Positions 15,820-32,049 are shown, counted from the first letter of the stretch. The stretch: 64,000 nucleotides of DNA from the human T2T-CHM13v2.0 reference genome, Homo sapiens (GCF_009914755.1 NC_060925.1), one strand, 5' to 3'. Program-made: numbers and translations. The notes: generated by a model not told the origin, from the letters alone.

Positions 15820-16167
15820 GGTTTTTTTTTTCTTTTTCTTTCTTTCTTTTTTTTTTTTTTTGAGATAGGGTCTCACTCTGTTGCCCAGGCTGAAGTGCAG
15901 TGGTACGATCATTGGCTCACTGCAGCCTTGACCTCCTGGGCTCAGTGATCTTCCTGCCTCAGCCTCCTGAGTAGCTGGGGCCACAGGCTAGTGCCACCAT
16001 GCCCTGCTAATTTTTTAAATTATTCATAGAGACGGGGTCTCCCTGTGTTGCCCAGGCTGGTCTTGAACTCCTCCTTCTCCTTTTTGTATCCTCTTAGTCA
16101 TCAAGCCATCCTCCTGCCTCAGCCTCCCAAAGTGCTGGGATTTCAGTGTGATCCACTGCGCCTGACC
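15820..16167 (-). mobile_element. Alu (J-like) with a ~28-bp internal non-Alu insertion
   Basis: Antisense Alu; TSD aatattggttttttt. Confidence 0.9.
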
Positions 16168-18029
16168 TGAATATTGGTTTTTTTGAAGTCTAGGCTAAAC
16201 AACTGTTTTTGTCTCAGTTTTTTTTTTTTTAATTTCCCTCCTTTGAACTCTGAATTGACAAGCTTACTTCCTCCCAATGTGGTGTTCTTGTTATTATTGT
16301 TTTTGCTAGCTGAAGTATTTTTTTTTTTTTTAAACATAATTTACTAGGTTTTTCTTCCTGGCCAGAAGTAAGTTCAGGGTAATAGTTCCCTTCCTTGTAT
16401 CTTCAGCTGTGTGAGAGGTAATGTAGAGTGAGAATTTATTTATCAGGTGCCCTGCTCGTAGCAGAAGGCATGACCTCGACTTCTCTCTCACAGTGACCTT
16501 GTGTTTGTGTTGGTGGCTTGAACTCACTCTTGTGTCTGGGCCATTTCTCTCACTGTGTAGGAAAGAGTGGTTCCTGTCTTCTCCCTGGCCATGTAGTCTG
16601 CTGTGTGTCACCACAACAATCATCTATCTTCCGGTTCTTTTTCCTTCTCTCCTCACCCAGTTGTCTCCAGTCTTAGGCGTGTGGAATTGTGTACTGGGTG
16701 GGGGATGTGTGTGTGTGGGCCGCCCTCTTGATTTGTAGGATCCTTCTCTTCCTCCACATTCTCTGTCAACTCTCCTCCACCCCCTGTGAGATCTGTGGAC
16801 TCAGGTATACGTTGCTGTGAGTCTCATTCTGCTCAGCTGGGGTGATGAAGGTGAGATTGCTTTTGTCGCTTCAAAGTAAAATTTTAGATTTGCTTTGGCA
16901 GCCGCACAGGGTCGTATGCATGGGGGCTGCTTAGGCCAGAGGCGCAGTGTTCCTGACCTCCTTCCGTCTTACTTTCTCTTGCTAGTTTGTCCATCTCTGT
17001 GGATTTTTTAAAGTAGATACTAGATACCTAGATACTACTAAGAACATGATCTTTCTCTTCTTGCCACTTGGATTTTAGCTTAAAGCCAACTTGGAACATT
17101 TAGGGTGTTTCCTTCCTACCACTGTCTGCCTGGTCTCCTAGGGAAAGATGCCTTGTATCTTGTTCTGGTGTACAGTCTGCCCATTTAATTGGTAAGTGTT
17201 TATTGTGACTCTTCTCTACTGGGCTCTGGCCCCAGGCCTGATGCGAATAGGGCAGGCCTGTGAACAGAGCAAAGACGAGTCACTTAGGAGGGGACGAGAG
17301 AGGCCAACGGTAAACTAATACTACCAGCTCAGGGTTTATTTGTCAAAGCCTCCTTTGCTGTGAATAAAAGGTTAGATCTGAATTGGGTCTGAGTCCTGGC
17401 TTTATTACCTACTAGCCATGTGGCCTTGGGCAAATTATTAATACTTCCTTGGGCCTTGGTTGCCGCACCTGTACGATGGAGTCAGCAATGGATCCTGTTC
17501 TGTAGGGCTGCTAGGAAGCTTAAATATAGCAATATTTGCTATATATAAAGTGCACCTGGTACATAATTGATGCGGTTGAAATGAAAATTCCTCTTTCTCT
17601 TTCAGTGCCATTTGCTGGAAGAAACAGAAGAAATATCTCTGTCCCCATCTTTCAGTTTCCTACCCAAGACTCCTGTGTGGTTGACATCACTGCTGTGTGC
17701 AGTGTTCATGTCCATATAAGTCAGAAGTGGCTTGCAGCAGTGGTTTGGGGCTTTGGGGCCTCTGCTCGCTCCTTATCAATTCTTAGGGTTACATCCTCTG
17801 GGAAGATGCCAGGCCTGGTCAAGTGTGGCCTCTGACCTAGAGTTATGCAAGGCCTCTCTTCCTCCTGTGGCCAGTGTGAAATTTCTCATCTGTGCTCTCC
17901 TGCCTCTAGCAGGAAGGTTGGCCTACATTTGGGGCACATCTCTGTCACTGTCTCAGGCCAGGGGTTCAAATATAAGACCTGAATCATACTGCACCTCAGA
18001 ACCCAAACCCTTTTACTTAATTTTTTTTA

Positions 18030-19420
<1,391 letters not shown>

Positions 19421-20559
19421 CATCTACAGTGCGATTTTTAGGCCTCTTGACTTTTTGTTGAGCCCTAGGCTTTTGTGACTGCCTGTGACAGCTCTGGAGA
19501 GGGGGCCGACAGGCACAGTGGCCCGCAGTCGAGCCAGGCCCCATCTTCTGGGCAGTGACGCGTGGTTGTTTTAAGGCTTTTGGTACTGGGATTCCCCGTT
19601 GTAAGTTTTAGCTTTGTTTTGGGTAGGGACTTTTCCCCATCATATTAATGAACATTAATAACAAATAGAGACTTGCTTTTGCCTCCCAACCAAATGTTTG
19701 GGAATGTGTGCACCCACGTGAAGGGTCTGTGTGATATCTTTATCTCATCAACCTTCTAAGGCTTTTAAAACCTGTTGTTAGATTTATGTTTAGATCATGG
19801 TTCTAGGGGAGAACCATCGTCACTCCTCATTGAGCTTTGCAGAGGCTCTGAAAGGAGGACATACTCTCTTCCCCAATCAATGTAGAGGAACGTCAGTAGT
19901 TCAGCCAAGATTGCTCTATCTGCCACCTCTTATGCTTCCAAGCTGGGCTAATTGAGAAGTGTGACATCTTGCTCCAGCCTATAAGCAGCTGTCTGTAATT
20001 TTGAGAGATGAGAAGGATTCTCCCTTAAACCATTGCTGCTTTTGTGGCAGCATCTTATTTCTTTCCTTTGCAGCACAAATCACAGTGTATAATTAAAACT
20101 ATTTTCTTTGAGCTTGTTTTTGGTGTACCTCCTGCACTAAAATGTTAAGTTCTGTGGCGGTCACGGGGCTTATTTGTCATGTTCTCTATTATACCCTTGG
20201 CATCCTCTAAACCAGTGTGTGGCACATGCTAGGCACTCCGGGGTTTCACTGAGTGATCCATTCTGTTAGGATGGGATCAAGTGCTCATGTGTCTCCTCCT
20301 GTGTCCCTCTCTGGCTCCAGATCTTCCACCTGGCAGAGTTTCCGGAAGCCCCAGAGATATGCTCCATGGCCATAGGGCCTGAGACGTGGATGGCTGCCCT
20401 CTGACTAAAATTTAGAGAGCTAAGCTTGTCTCTTTAAAAAGTAACATATACTAATTGTAAATCACCTAGAAAATACAGACATAATAAAGGAAATTAAATC
20501 TGTGATTCTGTCTTTCAGAGATCATTACCATTAACAACTCATTGAGTCTTAATGCCTTT

Positions 20560-20563
20560 ATTG

Positions 20564-20594
<31 letters not shown>

Positions 20595-20869
20595 GAGACA
20601 GAGTCTCACTCTGTTGCCCAGGCTGGAGTGCAGGCTCACTACAACCTCCGCTTCCTGGGTTCAAGTGATTTTCCCACCTCAGCCTCCCAAGTAGCTGGGA
20701 TTGCTTACAGGTGCGTGCCACCATGCCTGGCTAATTTTTTTGTATTTTTTGATAGAGACAGGCTTTCAGCATGTTGGCCAGGCTGGTCATGAACTTCTGA
20801 CTTCAAGTAATCTGCCCCCCTTGGCCTCCCAAAGTGCTGGGGTTATAGATGTGAGCCACTATGGCCAGC
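20560..20869 (-). mobile_element. Alu (S-like)
   Basis: Antisense Alu; TSD atgcctttatt. Confidence 0.9.
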
Positions 20870-21211
20870 CCCTATGCCTTTATTTTTTTTATATACAGAT
20901 CCAATAAATATCCATAGAGCACTGAGTTTATGCTGTACATAAGGGTTTGTAACTTTCAGTTACCATCAGACATGTTTTGATAATGAAATTTAAAGAAAGT
21001 ACACATTGGGATTTGGGATGCAGAAGAAAAAATAGGATAGTATTCTAGACAATGACAGTGATGATACCTGAGAATCTAGTAGACACTCAGGAATCCACAT
21101 TTCCCCATTTAATATTCATCTGAAACACCATTTCAGTGGCTGTAGATTGTGTAGCTAAACTCACTTTTACATAAAACAACCTCTGTTACTTATCTCTGGG
21201 CCTTAAGTTTG

Positions 21212-21600
21212 TGATATAGTTTGGATGTTTGTTTCTCCCAAATCTCATGTTGAAGTGTAATCCCCAGTGTGGGAGGTGGGGCCTGGTGGGAGGTGTTTGG
21301 GCCATGGGGGTAGGTCCCTCGTGAATGGCTTGGTGCTGTTCTTAAGATAGTGAGTTCTTAGGAGATCTGGTTGTTTAAAAGTGGGTGGCACCCCACCCCT
21401 GTTGCTCCTGCTCTTGCCATGTGACATCCCTGCTCCCCCTTCACCTTCCACCATGATTGTAAGCTTCCTGAGGCCTCACCAAAAGCAGATACTAGTGCCA
21501 AGCTTGTACCAGCTGCAGAACTATAAGCCAGTTATATCTTTTCTTTACAGATTACCCAGTCTCAGGTATTTCTTAATAGCAATGCAAAGTAGACTAATAA
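21212..21600 (+). mobile_element. MSTA-type MaLR solo LTR
   Basis: tgatatagtttgg ... cagtctcaggtatttc...actaata; perfect 5-bp TSD GTTTG at 21207-21211 and 21601-21605. Confidence 0.88.
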
Positions 21601-21984
21601 GTTTGTTAGCTATTTCTAGTAAAGGTAAATAACTCTTGAGATGTATATTTTCTTAAAGATACGTCTATGATTAATACCTGAGGATGAAATTCTAAAAGTA
21701 GAATTTTAACATCAAAGGGTTTGCACTTTAAGGCATTTTCAGCCTCCATTTCTGGCTGTTGCTGTTGTGGACAGTCTTGGGCAGATTTTGAACTCTTTGC
21801 CTTACTGTGGGGTGGTGGAAAGGAGGCTTTAGGAGCAGCCAGAGCAGGGTTCAAACTCCAGCCCTGCCAGGGACAACTGGCCAAAAGGTCGTGAACTAAT
21901 GACTCAGTGAGTTTTCTCATTTATAAAATAGGATGTTTCCTCCCAGGGTGGGGGTGAAGTGGGTGAGATGACCCATTTGAAGCA

Positions 21985-22912
<928 letters not shown>

Positions 22913-24760
22913 TACTTAGCAGCCATTTAGCACAGAGCACTGCCAGCCCCCCTCGGCCTGCAGCCTGCTCCAGCACCTTGCTAAGAGGTTGCTGAGGCTC
23001 ACCTGCAGCAGCTGCCCTCCCGAGTCCTCTTTCCTTTACACCCCTCAGAGCACCCGGGCCAGCCATCCTCCATGTGGTGCAGCAGAGGCGCCGGTGGTCC
23101 GGGAACCAGAGTGGGTGGCCCTGGCCTGGAGGCACGGTGGGTTAGTGTGTGACACACGTGGCTTTCCCCCGACCCCCAGCTGCCTCCTGGGAGTGAAGAG
23201 GAGGTCTTGTTTGCCAACACATACCGCACCACACACCCACAACACACTTGGTGCCAGAATCAGCCTTTTGCATCGCTCTTGGCGCTGAATCAGAGTCTGT
23301 CTTGGGGAGGGATGTCTTCCTTCTCTCATTACATGCGCCCAGCTTAGGTGGTGTAGTGAGGGAGTGTACAGGGCTGGGATGCCACAGCCTGCTTTCCTCC
23401 CCGTGTCCTGGGGTCCCCCGTCTGTCCAGTGCCCAGAGCTATTAATAACACCTTCATTGAAATGGGTGTAATGGAATCCCAGTTGCCCACCCCAGTGGGA
23501 CTCCAACACATGGGGAGTGGGGAGCAGAATAATAATAGCAAACACGGATGCAGTACTTATTACGTGCCAAGCGTTATTCTTAGTTATTTACATCATGCAC
23601 ATCTATTAACTCATCTCGTATAGCAAGCCCATGAGGTGGGGACTATTACTGTCCTATTAATGGGTAAGGGAACCAAGGCACAAAGGGGTTGGAAACTTTT
23701 CCCAGTTCACATAGCTAGTGAGCAGTGGCGCTTGTGAAGGGGTTCCTCCTGAGGGCCTGGGGCCTGCTCCTTCCCAGTCTTGTCTTCATGTCCACCTTGC
23801 TGACGAGTGGCACATCAGGCCCTGGGTGCCGGCTGCTTTCCTGTCCTCTGGCTCAGCCAGGCTTCTAATGCTGACCACTCCTGAGTCTTTCCACGTGGCT
23901 CCACAATGGCAGACTTGCAGGAGGAGATGAGGGGAACCATGCATACCTTGAATAGGGGGAGGGGTCCTGTCCTTCTTCCCCTCAGGTGCTGGAAGAGACA
24001 GAGAGGCATGGGACTGTATTTAGGCAGCTCCCGCAGCTCCCTCACTGCCGCTGTCCTAGAGCTTCCTTCCCAGGCAATGCGCTCTGTGGCTTGGGCCCCT
24101 GCCCCTGCCACAGTTGGCAGGGGGCCTTGCCTGTGGCGTTGCAGCTGAGCACACGCAATCATTAACCTTTTCTACGTGTAAGAGAATTTCAGGCACAAAC
24201 TGTGGGGCTGAGGTGAGTCACAATGTTGGACCGGGGCTTAGTTTGGGCTTAAAATATTTCACAATTCCTCCAGGCATTCTTTGACTAATGATCTATGGCT
24301 TTTTAGTGGGAAGACCCTTCCTTCTTCTAGTCTCCAGTCCTCAGAGCGTGGTTCAGGGCCTGTTGGCCTTCACTGCCCATGGCCATGCCCATGCCCAAGG
24401 AGCAGGGGCCTTGGCTTCTGGGTGGACCTGCCGCCTCGCTCTGCTGGTGGCCTCTGGCAGTGCCCTAGGAGTCCTGCTTTCCTTCCCTGTCTCTTCTTTG
24501 GCTTGGAGTGCAGGCCACCTCCCCTGCTGTTCTTTACTTAGCCCTGTACTCCAGATTAGCACATTCTTGGTTTCCTCTCTCCAGGCCTTCTGCACTCCAC
24601 ACTTGTCCACAGAGCCACTTTGGCACTTCAGGGCTGTGCCCCCAGGACGTCAGCCAGCCTGCCTCGCCCATCTGAAGGGCTTTCATTGCTTGGGTTGATT
24701 TTCCTATCCAGTCAGGGATTTCTGATAAACATGTGCCTGGATGGATGTCAATGACCAGTC

Positions 24761-24820
24761 CTTTTTTTTTTTTTTTTTGTTAAATTTAATTTAAGTTCTG
24801 GAATACAAATGCAGGATGTG
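24761..24820 (-). mobile_element. Extremely 5'-truncated L1PA insertion
   Basis: Poly-T plus tttaagttctgg..taca..tgcagga.gtg; exact TSD caatgaccagtc at 24749-24760 and 24821-24832. Confidence 0.8.
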
Positions 24821-26315
24821 CAATGACCAGTCTTCATGGGAAATTCTTGCTAAGTTTCTCTAAGAAATTTAAAATACTACCTTTTCCAATTTATTTCAGG
24901 ATGGAAAGGACAGCTCACCCTCAGTCACTGGGGGAGAGAGTTTAGTAGGGAGAAGAAGCAACAGAATGAGGGGGTGTTAGCTCAGAAGTTCCTAACCACT
25001 AGGTGAGGGAAGGAAGAGGGGAGGGAGTAAACAGAAATCAAATTAGATCTTGCCCATTAGAAACTCAGTTAGGTTGGGCAGATAAGGCATAAATATGCAA
25101 AATGGTAAATTTTTTCAAAGTGGAAACTACCCTATATAGAGTTTCTGAAGCACCTTCAAGGATATTATTTCACGAAGTTGAATCTAATTTTACAGATGAG
25201 GAAACCCTTTCCAGAAAGATAGGTGGGCTTGCATGACACAAGCTAGGAAGTGCAGAACTGGGATTCAAAATGCATGCGATTGCAAAGCCTAGGTTCACTG
25301 TGCTACATCCGTCTCCTCTAATGGGTAGAGAGTTTGTGCAAGTCTGGAAGTGTGATGTGAACCTAGCCCTTCTTGCACAAACTCTCCTTTGCCTTGTGCC
25401 ACGCACTCCTAACGTGTTCAGGGCAGAAAGTGCGGAAGTTGCAGTGAGCGCTTGGAATTCAGGGGGTGCTAAGGAGCATGCATTTAGATTTGGATCTTGG
25501 TGCATCCTCACTTAGCACAGCTCTGGTTGGCAGATGTCCTGGTGGTCGTCACTGGGCTGAAGACAGAAACCCAGCCTACAATCTTGGTGATAACTTGTGC
25601 TGGTTACATCCACATGCTCCAAGCTCAACTCAGTGGTGACGGAGGAACCCCCCTGTACTGTGGCATTAATGGTACTGGTTGACAGTGATGAATGCCTTTC
25701 TGATAATAAAGCACTTTTAGAGGTATTATTTCATTAGATGCTCATAATGTTTCTATGAGGGGGAGGCTAGGCAGGTATCATCACTCCTAAATGCATGTGG
25801 CACAGGCTCTGAAAGGTAGACCTCTCTGTGAGGCTGTGCAAGAAGAAATTGACAAATTTCAGACTGGGCCAAGTCTTCCCTGATTGTAACTCTACAACCA
25901 GGCATTGCTTCTGAGTAAGTCTGACAACTTTGATTCTTCTCCTCTGGGCTCCAGTTCCTGTGTGCCTGTAGGGGGCGATCGAGGTTCTTTCTGCTTGGCT
26001 GCTCTGGAAACCTTGTTCCTCCTGAACCCTTTGAATTTAGCACTCTTACAGCATGTAATCTCACTGGATTTTAAGGATTTTCTGTGTCTCCCCTCATATC
26101 TTCTTCTGCCCCCCACTAGCCTAGGCTTTTCCAGATCAGGACTGCTCTATTTGGTTTTGACATTCAGTGCAATGCATGGCCCATAGTAGGAGCTCAGTAA
26201 ATGCTTGCTGGATTGAATTATATACAAAGGAAATTGGCCAGTGCCTTCTCTTGCTCCCCTTAGAGCATGGGAAAGTAAACTTTTTTCCTGGTACATCCAA
26301 ATGAATGAAGTTGAA

Positions 26316-26612
26316 GGCTGGGCATGGTGGCTCACACCTGTAATCCCAGCACATTGGGAGGCCAAGGTGGGGTATCACTTGAGACCAGGAGTTCGAGACC
26401 AGCCTGGCCAACATGGCGAAACCCGGTCTCTACTAAAAATACCAAAAAATTAGCCAGACGTGGTGGCTCACACCTGTAATCCCAGCTACTCAGGAGGCTG
26501 AAGTGGGAGAATTGTTTGAACCCGGGAGGCGGAGGTTACAGTGAGCCAAGATTGTGCCACTGCACTCCAGCCTGGGCAACAGAGCGAGACCCTGTCTCAG
26601 AAACAAACAAAC
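26316..26612 (+). mobile_element. Alu (S-like)
   Basis: TSD aatgaagttgaa. Confidence 0.92.
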
Positions 26613-26663
26613 CCTAATGAAGTTGAAAGTGGCAGAACTCAAGACCCATGAGGTGTCCTCATA

Positions 26664-26682
26664 TGGCCACAAGGTGGCAGTG
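26664..26682 (+). promoter_or_regulatory. Candidate CTCF site
   Basis: TGGCCACAAGGTGGCAGTG closely matches the CTCF core CCASYAGRKGGCRS. Confidence 0.5.
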
Positions 26683-27840
26683 TGACCTCCTGGGAACCTT
26701 GCCTCCTGCAACTATTGGCTCCGGCCACCTGTTACTCCATGGGAGAGACCGAGTTATCTAGTCATTGATTCCTTCTAGTCACCTGTTTGGGGAATTGCCT
26801 CTGCAAAGTCAGTCTGAGAAATCTTGGCTTCCAGCCTCCTCTAAAAGCTGGGTGGTGTGGTGGAAAGACTTGGTCTTTGGAGTCTACCAGGCCTGGATTC
26901 CAACCTTGGCTCTGCCTTTTCTCAGAAACTTAGCCTTGGGCATGCTACTTCTCTGAGCCTCAGCTTCCCCATCCTGTAAAATGGCAAATGTACAGTTAGG
27001 AAAAACCCAACATATCATGGGCCATAGCATAAATGTATGCCAGCATTCTTGTTGGAAATGCTCATTTGTCCTTCCCTTCCCTCTGCAAGCTGGCTCCATC
27101 ATGGCCATCTGATCTTATTTGCAAGCTTCAGACACTTTCCAGCAGGTTCTTAGGCCTCCCTGCTGTATCACCCCAGCTCCACTCCATCTCGGTCAGTCAG
27201 CACCTGCTTCCCACGTTTCCCTCTGCCTTCATGCCTTCCCTCTGCCTGTCCATTTCCTTCCCAGCATGTCTCTTGGACACCCCAGCCCTCTGAATGTCCA
27301 AAGCAGTTGGAGTGTGGACTGTGTAGGGCTCATCTTGACTTCCCATGAAGATGCTAAATCTGTGAGTGTCCTTGTCTTAATTATTTTGGCACCTGCGCTT
27401 GCACTTAGACAATTGGTGATAAAAATGACAGCTATTAGTGAGTGCATGTCAGATACGCTGTGAGGTGCTTTGTGGAAATATTTCATTTAATCCTCACAAC
27501 AAATCTGTGAAACAGAAGCCATTATCCATCCCCACTTTACAAAGGAAGGGTAGATCAGGATGCTTTTGGCTCCAAGCAATAGACAATTTCATGAAAAGCA
27601 GCTTAAACAGTAAGAAGAGTTTATTATCTTGTCAAAAAGAAGTACTGAGGGATCCCTGGTGATGGCAGCGAGGATCCAGGTGATTGCCATTTCTCCTGGT
27701 TGCCTTCCTCAGTGCATTGGTTTATCCTCTTAGGCCCCCCTTACTGGTAATAATGTGACTGTCATGGTCCCAGGTGCCATATGCAGGAGAGATGATGTAC
27801 ATTTCTTGTGCTCCCTTTAAGAAGCCTCTTAGCAGATTTC

Positions 27841-28132
27841 TTTTTTTTTTGAGATGGAGTCTCGCTCTGTTGCCCAGGCTGGAGTGCAGTGGCGTGATCT
27901 CGGCTCGCTGCAAGCTCCACCTCTCAGGGTTCACGCCATTCTCCTGCCTCAGCCTCCTGAGTAGCTGGGGCTACAGTCGCCTGCCACCATGCCTGGCTAA
28001 TTTTTTTTGTATTGTTAGTAGGGACGGGGTTTCACCGTGTTAGCCAGGATGGTCTTGATCTCCTGACCTCGTGATCTGCCTGCCTCGGCCTCCCAAAGTG
28101 CTGGGATTACAGGCACGAGCCACCGTGCCCGG
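27841..28132 (-). mobile_element. AluY-like (inside an old MLT-like LTR)
   Basis: Antisense AluY; TSD agcagatttctt. Confidence 0.92.
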
Positions 28133-28755
28133 CAGCAGATTTCTTACAAGGCTCTTGGCCAGTTGAGTTGTAGGCTTGTTCCCAAGCCAGTCACTAGCAA
28201 AGGGACTGGAATTAATGAGACTGGCTTAGACAGGCAAGATTGAACCCGTGAGGCTGGTGAGAAGCCAGCCTCCTTTAATACCCCTAGCCAATTGGTCCAG
28301 GGAGAAGAAGGGGCATCAGTGAGGTTCGACGAGTTAAGTAACTTGCTCAAGCTTGGAAATCTAGTAATAACTGGATTCATACTGGCATCCGGCTGACTTC
28401 CAAGGCCATCTGTTGCCAGGTTGAAGTCAACTACAGAGGTAGAGAGAATATTGCTCTGGATTTGTTGTGCTGGGTCTGAGTAATTGCTGAGGGGCCTTTT
28501 CCTATGGACTCTGGAGTCTCTCTTCTCTCTAGCCCCCTTTCCAATACTGTATTGGTTTTTCTCAGTCTGCCTTTCTCCCCGAAGCCCCTTCACCCCCTGC
28601 TTCCCAGTACCTGAGTGCTGCCTGCCTTCCACAGTAGACTTTATGGCCTAAGCTGGAGACAGGTCTAAGCTGGACCGAATGGCCTGAGGGCTGATCTCAG
28701 TGTAGCTGTCAAGGCCCCAAGAGAGTCATCATGAGATTTCATATAGAGCAGATAA

Positions 28756-29061
<306 letters not shown>

Positions 29062-29245
29062 TAAGCAGCCACTGTTCTAGTCCCGGCCCAGCCTGTTCCC
29101 ACTCCTCACTCAGGCACCTTACCCTCTGAGGACAGCCCAGGGATGGGCCTGAAGCCTGGAATGTAAACACTTGATTTTTTGGGGGGCAGTGGAGAGTGGC
29201 GGCGGGCTGTTGTGTTCTCTGGATCTCACTGTGGCTTCATTTCAG

Positions 29246-29310
29246 TTTGGACGGTGGAGAACTCTTTAGCCGAATCCAGGATCGAGGAGACCAGGCATTC
29301 ACAGAAAGAG
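29246..29310 (+). CDS. MAPKAPK2: MAPKAPK2 exon 3 (LDGGELFSRIQDRGDQAFTER)
   Basis: ttcag| acceptor, |gtagaa donor; 65 bp; frame continuous with exons 2 and 4. Confidence 0.97.
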
Positions 29311-29606
29311 GTAGAAAGGGTCTGTTGTGGGAGCACGTGCAGGCAGGCAGGGCAGTGGGGGTCTGAAGGGGGCCTTTGCAGTGCCTGCTCTTGGGGAAGG
29401 GTGCTGAGGCTGCTGCCCCCTCCAGCATGCTGCAAGGGGTGCCTCAGCTGACCAGGGAAGCTCCTGGTGGCTTTGTTTCTGGGGTGGGTGGTGGCTGTGG
29501 GGAGCCTCAGGCTGCACAGAGGTGGGACCCGGTGCACTGGGTTTTCAAGCCTAATGATGTGTCTTTGTGACTTTCTTTCCCACTCACTCTTCCCTCCCCT
29601 CTACAG

Positions 29607-29686
29607 AAGCATCCGAAATCATGAAGAGCATCGGTGAGGCCATCCAGTATCTGCATTCAATCAACATTGCCCATCGGGATGTCAAG
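29607..29686 (+). CDS. MAPKAPK2: MAPKAPK2 exon 4 (EASEIMKSIGEAIQYLHSINIAHRDVK; catalytic HRD loop)
   Basis: ctacag| acceptor, |gtgcca donor; 80 bp; HRDVK motif. Confidence 0.97.
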
Positions 29687-30182
29687 GTGCCAGCTGTTCA
29701 TAACCCTGAGCCCGAGTGCTGTGGGGGGCAACAAAGGGGCTGTGGCCACCCCAGAGATGGTTGCCAGGCCACCCTGCGTCCTTGCTGCCTGGTTCCTGAG
29801 CATGCCATTCTCTGCCTTGTAGGGCCTTGCCCTCTCTGCCCATGGGCAAACCCCTAAACCCAGTAGTGAAGCATTCTCTGGCCCCACTCAGCCCTGTGGT
29901 TCTCCTCAGGCAGAACCCCTCAGTCACACTCTTGGTTTCTCTGTTCCTGTGGTGTTTACTGCGGGTTCTGTGTGTCAGTCTGTTATCTCCAGGCACTCTG
30001 GAAACCCTGCAGAGGCAGGCACCTGCCCATAGAGAGCTGCCACTCCTCGTGGTGGGCAGTGCCCAGGATAGGCAAATGGTTGCTGGATGAGTAGAGGAAG
30101 GGAGGAACCAGGATCCTTTTCGTTTCTGATAGCCCCTCCCAGGTCCAGCAGGGTTGCTATTTTTCTGTCTCTCTTTCTGTAG

Positions 30183-30335
<153 letters not shown>

Positions 30336-30898
30336 TAGGCTTTTCCCAGAACTTTTCTCAGCCCCTCCTCTTGGCTATCTGGGGGGCCGCAAATCCTAGG
30401 AGAGTTGTGTCTGTATGGCCCCTTCTGGTGCTGGTTCTGCTGGGACCTGCTGAGAAGTAGGGCTTGTCAGAGCGAAGCTACAGTTGAGAAATTGTAGGAA
30501 AGGATCTGCTGGGATCTTTCTGAGAAGAGCCATGGTTTCCATCAGATTCTCCATGGAGTCTGGACCCAGGTCTTGTTCTGGAGCCACAGCTGATTGGCAT
30601 GGAAGAAGCTTTCAAAGCATGTTCAGAGCATCTGTGAAATTAAATGAACGGCATGGGCCTGAAAGTCTCATGCAGTTCAGGATTTTTAGAATCTTAAGCT
30701 CCTAGTTCCAGGTTCCTCATGGAGGAGGATGTTCTGTTCCAGTCCCTGGGCTGGGCTTTGGCTCTTCCTTCTGTGCCCCAACTGCTGCCACCTCATGATA
30801 GGCTGAAAGGTTGGGATGGGGAGCATCTTTCACAGAGAAACTGAGTGGATCACAGGGTTCTGAGGGCCGGCCCACCCATGTTGACCTTTGATTTGCAG

Positions 30899-30974
30899 CT
30901 CCAGAAGTGCTGGGTCCAGAGAAGTATGACAAGTCCTGTGACATGTGGTCCCTGGGTGTCATCATGTACATCCT
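30899..30974 (+). CDS. MAPKAPK2: MAPKAPK2 exon 6 (APEVLGPEKYDKSCDMWSLGVIMYI-L)
   Basis: ttgcag| acceptor, |gtgagt donor; 76 bp; APE and DxWSLG motifs. Confidence 0.98.
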
Positions 30975-31343
30975 GTGAGTGTGCTGGGGAGGGGGCTGGG
31001 TGGGGCAGGGAGTCAGGGCGGCCTGTACTTCTCCAGGACAAGAGGAAGAGGCAGACGTTAGCATTCCCCTTTGTACAGGGGAGTCCCCTGCGTGCCCCTT
31101 CTCTCAGTTCCGATAGCTAAGTGGCGGGTGTAAACCAGCTCATGGGCTGGAAAGTGTGCGCCTTAGATACTTGCTATGCTGGATTCCCGGGCCCCGGGCT
31201 TGACTTTGTATATTGTGCCTGTGTCAATAAGCCCTGATTTCTCTGTGACCTTTACAAGGAGAAGAGCCTGTTTCTCATCCTGTTCCTGGTACAGGGCCAC
31301 TAAGTGACAGCTGTTCTGTCTCCCACTTCTTTCCTCCTGTTGA

Positions 31344-31592
<249 letters not shown>

Positions 31593-31813
31593 TAGCACCT
31601 ATGCCCACGCCTGCGGGGTGCGTCCTGCTTCATTTTGCCTGTGTGGAGGGCTGGAGGCAGGGCCAAGGCTGTGGGGCTGTGCAGGGCCTCTCAAGTGGTA
31701 CAGCCGTAATGGTCCTTGGGGCCAGTTGCTCCGGCAGCCTGCCTCCATGCACCCCCTCTTTGAACCTGGTTTCCCCATGAAAACTGGGGAAAGGAGCAGG
31801 CCAGGGAGAGTGA

Positions 31814-31996
<183 letters not shown>

Positions 31997-32049
31997 TAGC
32001 CAGGACCCTACCCCAGGCTTTCACTCGGACCCCTTTTCTCTCTTCTCAG

